DNA of 64,000 bases, from the sequence record PV252060.1; one strand, given 5' to 3'. The translations under genes and the position numbers were made by a program. The stretch is from Escherichia phage nithesis. How positions within the stretch are numbered: the stretch's first letter is position 1; each line of letters opens with the position of its first letter. The notes under the pieces were generated by a model, which did not search any database, had not been told where the DNA came from, and saw only the letters and a program-made list of their open reading frames with translations. Shown one piece after another: positions 38,002 to 48,283 of the stretch.

Positions 38002-39312
38002 TTAGAAAGTTAGACCACCATACTTACTGGCAAGATTTCCATAGAACACTACTCGCTTACGGGCACGAGACACAGCGACGTAAAGCAGACGAGCAACCAT
38101 ATCAGGTTGGCGACAGCTTGAGAGGTCATCTGCATCAATGAAGATTGTGTCGTAAGTAGAGCCTTGTGATTTATGGACAGTACATGCATGAGTAGCACGT
38201 AAGTCTGGAATGGTTTCTTTAAGACGAAAGTAAGGTTCCCAGTTCTTCTCTTTACCTAGCCACTTAACCAAACGGTTGAAGTATTCCGGGTCAGTAGGTA
38301 CTGGAACTTCGCTTACAATACCACCATAACCAAGGTCCAGAGTACTATCACGAACTTCCAGTTCCAGATCACCTGTAACCTTAATCATGCGAGTACTGCT
38401 ATCCTGGTCGATGAGTTTTACGTCTTGCTCGATAGACAGACGGTCATCCACCCCCAAGCGAACAGCAGAGTTAGATACTAGCTGTTCACCAATGGAGTAC
38501 TCGCCCACGTAGCCATTAGCTTCACGAATGTAGTTATTGTAATTAATAACCTGGTCATTTGTGTAAGCAACAATACGGCTATTGGTAGGCTGAGTGAAGT
38601 GACTGAGAACCAGTTTCTCCATCTCTTCTCCCTGTACCCAGTCAATAATGCCTGGAATACATTTAATGGGCAGGAATCCTGTCTTACCTTCTACCGTATC
38701 ACGCAATTGCTGGTGCAATGCTTTGAGTTCCGGTGCATCGGTACGCATCTGTTCAGTCAGATAGTGTGTTGGGATATTACCTGCATATACAGGAGACTTA
38801 TTCTCTTTAACAGGTAGAAGCTGAGAAGCATCTCCTACGAATACCAGTTTGCACTGGTGAGTACCTTCACGAGCATACTTAAGTAACTGACGGTCAATCA
38901 TGGATGCTTCGTCTACGAAGATGATTTTGTTCTTCTTAATATTGAATGATTTAGAAGGTACGACATTAGCCTCACCAGTCTTAAAGTCATTCTTAACAAT
39001 CAATCCCTGGAAGGAATGATAGGTAGATGTTGGACGTCCAGTAGCCTGAGCCAGAACTTCAGCAGCTTTGTTCGTGGTCGCAGTCATAACAACTTCGTTA
39101 TACAGGGGCTTGGTTCCCATCAGGGAGCAAGTTTCCATATATGCAGGCATAGTGTCATCAATGAGGTGCGACATCAGGAATGTCTTGCCAGTTCCCCCTG
39201 GGCCACTAATATTGAATTCGGTAGCATTAGGGTCGAGCAGGAAGTCGAAGAACTCCTTCGCAACCGCTTCTTGCCCCTTGTTCAGCGGGGCTTTGGTAGG
39301 TTTGGAAAACAT
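38002..39312 (-). CDS. Dda/RecD-like superfamily 1 DNA helicase
   Basis: Walker A GPGGTGKT near N-terminus; 436 aa. Confidence 0.65.
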   Translation of the reverse strand: MFSKPTKAPLNKGQEAVAKEFFDFLLDPNATEFNISGPGGTGKTFLMSHLIDDTMPAYMETCSLMGTKPLYNEVVMTATTNKAAEVLAQATGRPTSTYHSFQGLIVKNDFKTGEANVVPSKSFNIKKNKIIFVDEASMIDRQLLKYAREGTHQCKLVFVGDASQLLPVKENKSPVYAGNIPTHYLTEQMRTDAPELKALHQQLRDTVEGKTGFLPIKCIPGIIDWVQGEEMEKLVLSHFTQPTNSRIVAYTNDQVINYNNYIREANGYVGEYSIGEQLVSNSAVRLGVDDRLSIEQDVKLIDQDSSTRMIKVTGDLELEVRDSTLDLGYGGIVSEVPVPTDPEYFNRLVKWLGKEKNWEPYFRLKETIPDLRATHACTVHKSQGSTYDTIFIDADDLSSCRQPDMVARLLYVAVSRARKRVVFYGNLASKYGGLTF

Positions 39313-39345
39313 TAAAATCTCCAGTAAAAAACCCTCCGTAGAGGG

Positions 39346-39813
39346 TTAGATGTAAGGGGTTAAATCCGGGGGAGTGTAGTCTTTCCCTTTCATAACTTTC
39401 TTATTCTCGTTGAAGACAGGTTCTCCATCTTCAAACTTAGAATAGTTTGAGCGATTGACTTCAGCCAATGCTCCAGGGACATTCATCCCAAGGAAAGTAC
39501 CGACGCCAGTTGCTGTAACAATCTGGTCTGCCAGTGAATCCAGCAAAGCTAAGCGATTGTTATTAGCTGGGAAGATAGCCATGTGGTTTGTTTTCATCAG
39601 CAGAGATAATTTACCCAAAGCAGCCTGTGCATCGGCTAACACTTGCATACTATCCTCACTGGATGGGGTTAACTCATCTAACATTTCACATACTTCTTCC
39701 AGATGGCAACCAATCTGGGTACTAATGTTCTTACTTGTCGGATTTGGTACTGCTTTCCGGAACCAGGCTTCCGTATTTACCAGCGTACAAACGGATGAAC
39801 TTGTCATGCTCAC
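39346..39813 (-). CDS. hypothetical protein
   Basis: 155-aa ORF; true start may be the internal Met near 39687 to avoid overlap. Confidence 0.35.
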   Translation of the reverse strand: MSMTSSSVCTLVNTEAWFRKAVPNPTSKNISTQIGCHLEEVCEMLDELTPSSEDSMQVLADAQAALGKLSLLMKTNHMAIFPANNNRLALLDSLADQIVTATGVGTFLGMNVPGALAEVNRSNYSKFEDGEPVFNENKKVMKGKDYTPPDLTPYI

Positions 39814-40126
39814 TCTCTTGGTTAAGGTGGCGATTGTTATATGCCTCCAGAATCAAGTCTCTTACATATGAGCGAATCTCATAAGCAGGACCAACTTGTT
39901 CTGACAGCCAATCAGCCACATGGGTTGGTAAAGGACGTAATACGTTTTCCATGAACGTCCGACGTGTGTCGGCTGGTTCAATGTTTAGAGAACGCAATCG
40001 CAAAGTAACCGTAGTGGGGTGAACCCCCAACGTCTTAGCGATAGTTGCGAGGGACATACCAACAGCATTCATACGAATGATGTCTTCATCAGTTGCTTTG
40101 CGATTACTTCTGAATACTTTAGACAT
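39731..40126 (-). CDS. helix-turn-helix DNA-binding protein
   Basis: MSLATIAKTLGVHPTTVTLRL helix-turn-helix-like segment. Confidence 0.4.
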   Translation of the reverse strand: MSKVFRSNRKATDEDIIRMNAVGMSLATIAKTLGVHPTTVTLRLRSLNIEPADTRRTFMENVLRPLPTHVADWLSEQVGPAYEIRSYVRDLILEAYNNRHLNQESEHDKFIRLYAGKYGSLVPESSTKSDK

Positions 40127-40188
40127 AGCTTATTTCCTCTTCAAAGATAGCCTCACTTTATTATAAGTGAGGCTATTTGAACAGGCTA

Positions 40189-42234
40189 TTACTTAGCAGC
40201 TTTGACCAGCTTGGTAGCTAACTTAGCTTCTTCTTCAGTCAGACCCATTGCAGTGAATGACTTCTTAGCATGACGCTTATAGTCTTGCAGAGCATGACCT
40301 TTCTGATAGTCGGAGTACGTCGTATCGTTAAGGATGCTACGTAGATTATCAGCATATTTACCAGATGGAGCTACTTTAGTGGCAGTAGCTGGTCGGTAAA
40401 CCTTAGCTTTCTTCACTGATTTAGTTTTTGGTGCAGGAATGCGAGTACTACGGATAGTAGCAATAGCGTCTACTACATCGCTACCTACTTCGAATGCACC
40501 CCAAGGCTTACGAGCTTTACTACGCAGTTCTACCAGAAGATCAGCAGCAGCTAACTTATCTTCTGGTGTTGTTGCATGAAGGAACTCTTTAACCAGTTCC
40601 TGAATCTGTTCTTTCACAGTAGGAGCCTTCTTATTAACAGGTTTAAGGTCAGTAGCCTTCACTGGTTCAGCAGCTACAGCTTCATTCAGTGACTCTTCCA
40701 TGTTCAGTGCTTCTTTACTAGCAACTGTACGGAATTGTTCTACAGAACCAGATGTGAGATTGGTGTATTTGAGGTTAGTACCATAATGACCACCAACCAT
40801 AATAAGTGTGGTAGGTGAACTATGGTTCCCAACGATGGCATCATTAAGCAGCTTCTTACCTACTTCTGTTTTAGACAGGTAGATACCATTGTTAACGTTA
40901 TTACGCTCTTCTTCCGGTAACTCAGCAATAATATGATATGCAGATACACGCATCTTATTAGTGTTGTACTGAGGAACAGCAAATACATCTTCCGGTGCTA
41001 CTTTACCGAGAATAGTTACGTTACCACCGAAGCTACGGATATAGCTCATGGATGCTACATGCAGACCATTTGAGCAGTCCTGACGACGGTCAGGGTCTAC
41101 CAGGTCTTCACGTACCTGCACTTTACAGCCTACCCATTGACGAATATTACCTGAGTGACAGTCAACGAATACACGCTTACCACCATTTACCTCTTTATAC
41201 TTCAGACGCTTCAGGAACAGGATTGAACCATCATCAGCAATAGGCAGTTCAGCAGTTTCCATGAATTTCATCAGGTCTTCCACTGAGTGCAGACGGTCTT
41301 TAATAACCGGAGCCAGACGCTCAAGGAACTTAGTAAAACCCTTGTAGTCTTTCAGCTTGGCAGACTGACGTAAGTGACGATGCAGGTTCTCAACTCCAGG
41401 GATAACCCCATTGTTGGTAACAGCAACAACCACTTCATCTTCCTTCATTTCGGTGTGGAAGTTAGCGTCATCGGTACTAATAGCACCTAATGCAGCTAAC
41501 TTCTCGGAGGCAGCAGCCAGTTTGTCCTGGTTCGTAACTTTAACCACTTCCACATGAGGAGGTGGCACTTCCCCCCTGTTAGTAAATACAACGTATACGC
41601 CTTTGATGTGCTGAGCTTGTTTAGCAAACTCATTCATCTCATCATCGGATACTGCACGAACTGCAACAGGCCATTCTTGTTTGAGCATGGTGTTGGTATG
41701 TTCATGACCCCAACACAGTACGTCGTTAATAAAACGAACCAGTGCAGGATGGTTATGGTCCTTATCCCAGCCAGTAACCCACATCAGATTGTCACGTCTG
41801 TCGTAGAAACCGTCAGATACTGTTACTTCCGGTTCATTAGCCTGTACAGCCAGGAAGGTATCCATGGCTTTAGACACTAGTGTCTTAGTAGGATTGCCTA
41901 ACTTGATATCTGAGACGATATGTGCAGGTGGAACACCTGTACCATCCTGGAAGAACTCTTTCAGTTTAGCTTTAGCTACCTTGAAAAAACGGACGAATCC
42001 GTTAGTGTTCTTCTCTGCTTCCAGATATTCAGTACGCAGGTTTACTTCTGGTGCGATGTTTACTTCTATCTGGTCTTTGGTAGTTCCCAGACCTTTGGTT
42101 TGTGCTTCAGATACAATGCGAGCAACCCGTGGGTCGCTCTGAGGATATACAACCGTGGAGCCATCAGGCTTCCACAGTGTAAGGTTACGACTGTCAACTG
42201 CCAGTGCGATGATAGAAATCAGTTCGATTTTCAT
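40189..42234 (-). CDS. rIIB-like protein candidate
   Basis: 681-aa ORF immediately downstream of rIIA-like gene; assignment by gene order only. Confidence 0.35.
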   Translation of the reverse strand: MKIELISIIALAVDSRNLTLWKPDGSTVVYPQSDPRVARIVSEAQTKGLGTTKDQIEVNIAPEVNLRTEYLEAEKNTNGFVRFFKVAKAKLKEFFQDGTGVPPAHIVSDIKLGNPTKTLVSKAMDTFLAVQANEPEVTVSDGFYDRRDNLMWVTGWDKDHNHPALVRFINDVLCWGHEHTNTMLKQEWPVAVRAVSDDEMNEFAKQAQHIKGVYVVFTNRGEVPPPHVEVVKVTNQDKLAAASEKLAALGAISTDDANFHTEMKEDEVVVAVTNNGVIPGVENLHRHLRQSAKLKDYKGFTKFLERLAPVIKDRLHSVEDLMKFMETAELPIADDGSILFLKRLKYKEVNGGKRVFVDCHSGNIRQWVGCKVQVREDLVDPDRRQDCSNGLHVASMSYIRSFGGNVTILGKVAPEDVFAVPQYNTNKMRVSAYHIIAELPEEERNNVNNGIYLSKTEVGKKLLNDAIVGNHSSPTTLIMVGGHYGTNLKYTNLTSGSVEQFRTVASKEALNMEESLNEAVAAEPVKATDLKPVNKKAPTVKEQIQELVKEFLHATTPEDKLAAADLLVELRSKARKPWGAFEVGSDVVDAIATIRSTRIPAPKTKSVKKAKVYRPATATKVAPSGKYADNLRSILNDTTYSDYQKGHALQDYKRHAKKSFTAMGLTEEEAKLATKLVKAAK

Positions 42235-42238
42235 CAGA

Positions 42239-44806
42239 TTAGTTACCTTTCAGTTTATTTAGACGATTACGGTAGAGGGACTTAAACCCAGGAATATCCT
42301 CTGGATTCTTCTTGAGATGTTTAACCAAACTACCTAAGTCCAGTGTCTGTAGAATGTCATTTTTATTCCAGCTATAACTGAATAATTCTTTGTAACCGTT
42401 AAGTATTTTAAAGTACTTATGGTTACGGGGATTAACCATCTTTGCATACGGCTCTAAGTCATTCACTGACTTAATACAACCCATTTCAACAAGTTTTTCT
42501 TTGTTGTCGTGTGGCCGATTTCGTAGAAAGTCATACGCCCATTCATATTCTGGTTTAAAAATCAGATTCTGTAATGGTTTGAATGTTAGACCCAGTATGT
42601 CGAGGATTTCCCAATATTCCCTGTCATCCAGTCCCACGTATTCAAGAATACCAATACGGTGTTCAGTAACATATTTCTTGAAGCCTTTACTGGTAATAAC
42701 TGACATCAATTCACTAAAGCGAACATCATCAATGTGGATAGCACCACGTCGTTTAGCCTTGTTAGCTTCGATTTGATTGCGACAGACAACTGTCTCTGCT
42801 TTCATCTCATCGGACAATTCATACCATTTCCACATGGTTCCTATTTGAGCAGTTACAGGACTACCAGAACCAACCTGATTGGCTAGCACGTAGTACTTAG
42901 GTTGCTCCACTTCGACGAAACCGTACTTCTTATGGCGACTTGAGTCAGCAAAACCCTTGTCAATGAATGGTTTAGATACCAAATCACCGCTCTTATCCCG
43001 TACAGGGGTAGTACCAAGAACTGCATTCAATGAAATCAGAGCATTGGTTTTACCCCCTGCTTTGGTTTTATTGGCAGCTATTGTCTTAGCACGTTTCTCA
43101 GCAGCTAACTTAGCCTGCTCTCTACGGAAGTTAGTCGGTTTGTCCCACTCATTATATTGAGTAAGGTCAATTACTCTATAACCCATAGCAGTGAACTTAG
43201 CTACAGCTTCCTCTGCTGCACCCTTCTTAGGACCAACAACGTGAACAAAAGCTGTACGCTCCAGGTCACCTCGGTTGTACTCAGGGAAGTATGAGAAAGA
43301 GTCTGCACAATCAGATAAACGTCGGGTAACTACAACGTTCTTGGTAGTGAATATGCCAATACTCTGATGAGAGTTATGGAATATCCTAAAGTAGTCAGCG
43401 AGTTTACCCTTCTCCAAGTCAACACTGTTACCCTGGTTCACTATGTAACCAGACCACTTAATACCAGTAGCTTTTAAAGCAGCAAGCTGAGGTAAGTGCA
43501 GATGTCGATAAACTAATTCATGGAATTGGGAGTGTGTACCTTCTTCACGAGTATCCTTAAGAGCACGCATAGCCTTACCATAAAGTTTCTTAAGACCTGC
43601 ATATTCAGGACGAGCTAACAATGCTTTATTGGATAAATTACGCCAATGCTTGATGTGATGCTTACGTTGCTTAGCCCATAAACTAGAGGACATATAACGT
43701 TGAACGATTCTGTCTGTAACAGCAAGCATAAAAGAAGGATAGGTCCAGAAGCAAGTAGAGGATTTAGAGGCGTATTCTTCAATCTGCTTAATAGCTTCAG
43801 GAATCTTAGCCTTAATCTCTTTCTCCATACGGTCTACTAAATCTACACATAGAGTAGTAATACCATCGTCGGTTAACTTCTGGTTAGACAGCGTTTCTCG
43901 ACTAGGAGCAATAGCCAGAGTATCCGGTGCAGCCTGAACTACTAAATTAGATGCTCCAATAATATTCATGAAGTTGAGGATAAGACCTACAGCCTCTTCA
44001 CTAGCCGGGCTGGATACAATTGGGTACATTACGTTACCGTAACGAACGAATATGTTGCTGTTACCCATATAGCCTTTATACCAGCTATCAGACATATCAT
44101 ATGAACCAGGTTCAAATGACATGCCTAATGTATTCAGTAGAGTGTAGTCACCCTGCTGAATGCTATTACCTGCTTCTGTTTTAACAAGTTTAGGGATACT
44201 AAGCTTAGCTTTAATCTCACCATTGAACACGATTGATGTGATGTAATGCACGAAGGTATTTACGTCATGTTTACCCAACTGGAATTTAACTTCCAGTCCA
44301 GATTCCTCAGTGGGAATATTAGTAACAATAGGAACAATACCAGGCTTACCATCATTCTCAATCGCAGCTTTAGCTACGTTATATACCGACATCTTCCCTT
44401 GGTTCCATGAAGTAACCTGGAAGCTATCTGTATAAGCGAATGGGGATTTACATCCCAGACCAAAGCCACCAGTAACACTACTGTTGGACTTTTTAGTAGA
44501 TGTACCATAGACACCATAAATGGAACCAATGAGTTCATCTGGGATACCGTTACCGTAGTCACGAAAGGTAATAAAGTTGTTTGTATCAATAGTGATACGA
44601 ATAGGGGTATCAGTCTTACCTGCTTCAATATGAGCATCCCAACTGTTACAGATAGTCTCACGGACTACTGCCAGAGTAGGATTGTTATACAAGGAAGTAC
44701 TTAATACATGGAAGAATGCCGGGTCATCAGAGATGCCAAAGGCAATTGTTTCTTTGCCACCCAGTGTCGCTGAGGTAGCTATTTCATTGGTATCTGCAAC
44801 TAACAT
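42239..44806 (-). CDS. rIIA-like protein with N-terminal GHKL ATPase-type motifs
   Basis: ETICNSWDAH (N-box), RDYGNGI (DxGxG), TGGFGLGCKS (G-rich) in order near N-terminus; 855 aa. Confidence 0.55.
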   Translation of the reverse strand: MLVADTNEIATSATLGGKETIAFGISDDPAFFHVLSTSLYNNPTLAVVRETICNSWDAHIEAGKTDTPIRITIDTNNFITFRDYGNGIPDELIGSIYGVYGTSTKKSNSSVTGGFGLGCKSPFAYTDSFQVTSWNQGKMSVYNVAKAAIENDGKPGIVPIVTNIPTEESGLEVKFQLGKHDVNTFVHYITSIVFNGEIKAKLSIPKLVKTEAGNSIQQGDYTLLNTLGMSFEPGSYDMSDSWYKGYMGNSNIFVRYGNVMYPIVSSPASEEAVGLILNFMNIIGASNLVVQAAPDTLAIAPSRETLSNQKLTDDGITTLCVDLVDRMEKEIKAKIPEAIKQIEEYASKSSTCFWTYPSFMLAVTDRIVQRYMSSSLWAKQRKHHIKHWRNLSNKALLARPEYAGLKKLYGKAMRALKDTREEGTHSQFHELVYRHLHLPQLAALKATGIKWSGYIVNQGNSVDLEKGKLADYFRIFHNSHQSIGIFTTKNVVVTRRLSDCADSFSYFPEYNRGDLERTAFVHVVGPKKGAAEEAVAKFTAMGYRVIDLTQYNEWDKPTNFRREQAKLAAEKRAKTIAANKTKAGGKTNALISLNAVLGTTPVRDKSGDLVSKPFIDKGFADSSRHKKYGFVEVEQPKYYVLANQVGSGSPVTAQIGTMWKWYELSDEMKAETVVCRNQIEANKAKRRGAIHIDDVRFSELMSVITSKGFKKYVTEHRIGILEYVGLDDREYWEILDILGLTFKPLQNLIFKPEYEWAYDFLRNRPHDNKEKLVEMGCIKSVNDLEPYAKMVNPRNHKYFKILNGYKELFSYSWNKNDILQTLDLGSLVKHLKKNPEDIPGFKSLYRNRLNKLKGN

Positions 44807-44833
44807 TTATTTACTCTCCAGATTAAATGTTGC

Positions 44834-45082
44834 TTACATTAGAACTTGTTTACACTTATCAAAAATAGCTTTACGAAGTTCAGCTTCTTCCCGTGGTTCA
44901 TCATTAGGATGGTGACCCACTGGACTGTTTTGAAAAGCATTCATTAGGAATAAGACCTGATACTCGGTTAAGCCATTAATCTGAATGCTATACGTTTTCT
45001 CTGAGGTGATATTTACATTAGCCATTACGTTTACCTGCCATTGCTTGTAATACAAACACAGCCATATCTGATGCCATGTCAT
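44834..45082 (-). CDS. hypothetical protein
   Basis: 82-aa ORF in minus-strand array. Confidence 0.3.
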   Translation of the reverse strand: MTWHQIWLCLYYKQWQVNVMANVNITSEKTYSIQINGLTEYQVLFLMNAFQNSPVGHHPNDEPREEAELRKAIFDKCKQVLM

Positions 45083-45392
45083 CCGTTATATCGTTGACCG
45101 TTCCATATGGTAATGGGCCATTCTCTTCCCAGTTATCTAATGTGTTTTGTACTTCAGCTAAACCAGCCTGAATCATTTCCCTATTTGGCTCCAGCCATAA
45201 TTTACGTTCCTCTGCTAATGCAGCAATACACACACAAAGGGAGGCTATATTAGCTGGACAAGCAGCAATATCACCCGTAACAGCAATCTCACTAAGTGGG
45301 ACAGCCTTACCGGTTTTACTATGAATTACTTCAGGGTTAATCATGAATTTGCTCCAGGTTATGGGCAGGAATAGGGAAGCATGGATAGTCAC
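45018..45392 (-). CDS. hypothetical protein
   Basis: 124-aa ORF; start uncertain. Confidence 0.3.
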   Translation of the reverse strand: MTIHASLFLPITWSKFMINPEVIHSKTGKAVPLSEIAVTGDIAACPANIASLCVCIAALAEERKLWLEPNREMIQAGLAEVQNTLDNWEENGPLPYGTVNDITDDMASDMAVFVLQAMAGKRNG

Positions 45393-45549
45393 CGGTAGGG
45401 TCCAGTGTTACTGATACATGCAGTGTATTGGTCATTTGGGTTAGCATCTGAGCAGCATTGAAATCATCCTGGATACAGGCATATACAATGTCACCCTTCT
45501 CACCCTCACACATTATTGGGGTGTCTTTAATGCGGTATTTAGCAGGCAT
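45337..45549 (-). CDS. hypothetical protein
   Basis: 70-aa ORF. Confidence 0.3.
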   Translation of the reverse strand: MPAKYRIKDTPIMCEGEKGDIVYACIQDDFNAAQMLTQMTNTLHVSVTLDPTGDYPCFPIPAHNLEQIHD

Positions 45550-45578
45550 ATGCCCTCCTGAAAGAGTTAATTGAAACC

Positions 45579-45605
45579 AAAAAAAGACCTCCCGGAGGAG
45601 GTCTT
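45579..45605 (-). terminator. rho-independent terminator
   Basis: Minus sense agacctcc-tccg-ggaggtct followed by ttttttt. Confidence 0.5.
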
Positions 45606-45609
45606 AGGT

Positions 45610-45846
45610 TTACTTACGATTTCCACCAAAGAAGCGTATCACACGTTCCTTTGCTTCATCCTGCTCTTTAATAGCTACATAGTCTCGTGCATAGTAATAA
45701 GCACACCATAAGCCAATACTACATGCAGAGAAGCGAGCCACTACGAAGAACATCTCTTCTAGGCTCTGAGCATTATGTAATGAAAATACAAATTCCAGAA
45801 CCAGGATGATACTTACAATCATTGCCTGGATAGCTAGTTTTTTCAT
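45610..45846 (-). CDS. small membrane protein
   Basis: Two hydrophobic segments (IVSIILVLEFVF, CSIGLWCAYYYA). Confidence 0.4.
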   Translation of the reverse strand: MKKLAIQAMIVSIILVLEFVFSLHNAQSLEEMFFVVARFSACSIGLWCAYYYARDYVAIKEQDEAKERVIRFFGGNRK

Positions 45847-46787
45847 TCAGTAATAGTCTCACCTGGGATTAATTTACGGAACTGGATAAAGTGGAGTAAG
45901 TTGCCTGAGTACAGATTTCCTTCTTTATCCATGGATGTAACACCTTGTTCCCAAGTAACTGAGTTCATGTTATTCACATACTTCTCACTAAGGTTCATAG
46001 GAGTAGCCTGATGTTCTGTTGGAGAAGCATGAATAGGTTGGTCTTCCACTAACTTAGCAAATAAGCTAAGGTCTTCTTCGATAGTAGATGGGCGTCCCTC
46101 AAAATTGTTATAGGAAGCACGGGCACAGCGTGCAGCACTTACTTTAAGAAGTAGTCCATGCACTTCTGCATCACTTGGTTCATCGCGTGTAATTCGATTA
46201 CGTTTGCAGAAATTGTAAGCCCCAACACGGTCAATATGAGCAATATATGGCAAATGCCATTGCCCATACGATAATGTCCTTGGTGTACTTTCTTCGTGTG
46301 CCTTACGCATGGCCTGAGCCAGTAAACGGATTTCCGGCTGGGCATCCTCATGGTCACGTAAACCATAGAAATTAGCCCAGCTAGTTGAAGTTACTACTAC
46401 ACGGATATGTGTGAAGGGTTCCAGAATACGGTTAACAATCTGCTTGTGTACTTGCCCACGACGCAGCTGTTCTGCATACACAGCAGCAGCAGATGCAGCG
46501 TTATCCCAGATAAACTTAGCATCCTCAATCTCCATAGGAGTGAGTTCTTCCTCTGCTTGCATGCCTTTCTGGTTCTTGCCCCAGTGACTTGGCATCACTG
46601 GTTCATTACGAACCTGTTCGATAAGTTTAGAGGTAGGAATAGCACGACTACTTGAAGCATTACGGTTGAATACACGGTGAGTCATAAACTCACTGTGAAT
46701 GAATCGGGGATAAACCAATTCAAAGGTTGTGATACGAGTTCCTGTTTCTGGATGAACGGAATCTGCAATTACTGATGCCTTAATCAT
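45843..46787 (-). CDS. flavin-dependent thymidylate synthase (ThyX-like) candidate
   Basis: HRVFNRNASSSR resembles the ThyX RHR...S signature (first Arg replaced by Thr); 314 aa. Confidence 0.5.
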   Translation of the reverse strand: MIKASVIADSVHPETGTRITTFELVYPRFIHSEFMTHRVFNRNASSSRAIPTSKLIEQVRNEPVMPSHWGKNQKGMQAEEELTPMEIEDAKFIWDNAASAAAVYAEQLRRGQVHKQIVNRILEPFTHIRVVVTSTSWANFYGLRDHEDAQPEIRLLAQAMRKAHEESTPRTLSYGQWHLPYIAHIDRVGAYNFCKRNRITRDEPSDAEVHGLLLKVSAARCARASYNNFEGRPSTIEEDLSLFAKLVEDQPIHASPTEHQATPMNLSEKYVNNMNSVTWEQGVTSMDKEGNLYSGNLLHFIQFRKLIPGETITE

Positions 46788-47230
46788 TAGAATGACCTTA
46801 GATAGTTGGTGATACCACTTCTCGTTTCTGTGATTCTCTTAACCTGAACATATACCAGCTTAAACTCACTACGAGGTAGTTCCTGTAATACTGCCACACC
46901 TTCAGTAAGAGCCACAGAACACGCTATGGCGGTTTCTTCTTTAAAGGAGTACAAGTCTTCATACATGAGGGCTTCATACTCTTTACGGAGCATACAGAGA
47001 GCATTTCTTGCCTTATCACTTACTTCTTGTGAACCAGCAGTCATAGCTAAGCTGTATATGATAAAGACTTGTTCAAAAACAAAGTCCAGTAATCTATCAG
47101 GGTTGTTAGTCCCCATAAATAATTTTGTTATGCAGGAACGAGCTTTACGGTTGAGTTCATACTCATCCTCTATGCCTTTATTATAAAGAACAGGATTTCG
47201 TTCCCTTTTTCTTAGAAATGGGATACGCAT
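46787..47230 (-). CDS. hypothetical protein
   Basis: 147-aa ORF. Confidence 0.4.
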   Translation of the reverse strand: MRIPFLRKRERNPVLYNKGIEDEYELNRKARSCITKLFMGTNNPDRLLDFVFEQVFIIYSLAMTAGSQEVSDKARNALCMLRKEYEALMYEDLYSFKEETAIACSVALTEGVAVLQELPRSEFKLVYVQVKRITETRSGITNYLRSF

Positions 47231-47613
47231 TAGTATTTACTACCTCTTCTATACCAGGGGTAGTGATGGGTAGTGCTCTTACCTTTGAACACATCCTTGG
47301 TACGGGGATTCTTTTGTATTTGGGCCAGATAAAGATGCATTTCGTCATAACATGGACTAAGCCAGAACTTATCTATGATTCGGTCTACCTTAGATTTCAG
47401 ATGTGGTTCTGGGGGAATGTATGGATGAAAAGATCTGCTAGTAGTCCATCCTTTTTGAACAAGAACCTGCATTGCTGCATAAACATCAGGACCAATTCCA
47501 TTATCTTCTACTAGGTCATGGATAGTTTTACCCAAAGTGAGCATTGCAGTTTGTTCTAGTTTACTTAAGTCCAGCCCATACAAGATAGACTTACCATTTC
47601 GTCTGTTTGTCAT
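47230..47613 (-). CDS. hypothetical protein
   Basis: 127-aa ORF. Confidence 0.4.
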   Translation of the reverse strand: MTNRRNGKSILYGLDLSKLEQTAMLTLGKTIHDLVEDNGIGPDVYAAMQVLVQKGWTTSRSFHPYIPPEPHLKSKVDRIIDKFWLSPCYDEMHLYLAQIQKNPRTKDVFKGKSTTHHYPWYRRGSKY

Positions 47614-47625
47614 AAGAGTACCTGT

Positions 47626-47655
47626 AAATAAAAAAGCCCACTGGTTAGGTGGGCT
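47626..47655 (-). terminator. rho-independent terminator
   Basis: Minus sense agcccac-ctaacca-gtgggct followed by tttttattt. Confidence 0.5.
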
Positions 47656-47730
47656 TGGGTTAGGAGATGGATAAGCAATGAGCTGGAAGCAACTTCCACA
47701 AGCACCACTATGTAATGATGCTTAGATTAG

Positions 47731-48027
47731 TTACTCTGCTTTACTGCTCGTTTGAGACACGTTGTATTGGTTACCACTACCAACGTTAACGATTGTAGTC
47801 TGAGACTGTCCTTTATTAGACAGTGACCAAATCAGTGCTACTACCCAGAATACTAGTGACCAGCCTAATACGATATTAAGCACACCAATGCCCCACTTAG
47901 AGGCATGGCCTCGTGCAAAAGCAATGATAGTAGGGATAAGGTATACAGCTAATATGAATAAGAAAACAAGGATTGCTGCTAAAGATTCCATGATGGTTCC
48001 TATGTGGGGTTGAGTTAGTTTCTTCAC
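47731..48027 (-). CDS. superinfection-immunity (T4 Imm-like) membrane protein
   Basis: AFARGHASKWGIGVLNIVLGWSLVFWVVALIWSLS resembles the Imm-family core; two transmembrane helices. Confidence 0.5.
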   Translation of the reverse strand: MKKLTQPHIGTIMESLAAILVFLFILAVYLIPTIIAFARGHASKWGIGVLNIVLGWSLVFWVVALIWSLSNKGQSQTTIVNVGSGNQYNVSQTSSKAE

Positions 48028-48064
48028 AAATAGCCCAACTATGTTGGGCTATTTAGGCAGCTAC

Positions 48065-48274
48065 TTACTCAGCATCTTTGCTTGTAGGAGCAAGAGCTTT
48101 TTTCAAGTAATTACGTACTGAACGATAAGTTTCTTTGGTTTCCATAGCACCATCATTTACGAATGTGATGCGTGCACAATCAGACAGTGGAACAGATTCC
48201 ACTGCAATCACGTTTGCAGCATTAATGGTTACACGTACATTTGAGGTTGCATTAGTTACTTGAAATACTGACAT
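48065..48274 (-). CDS. hypothetical protein
   Basis: 69-aa ORF. Confidence 0.3.
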   Translation of the reverse strand: MSVFQVTNATSNVRVTINAANVIAVESVPLSDCARITFVNDGAMETKETYRSVRNYLKKALAPTSKDAE

Positions 48275-48283
48275 GTTGTTTCC

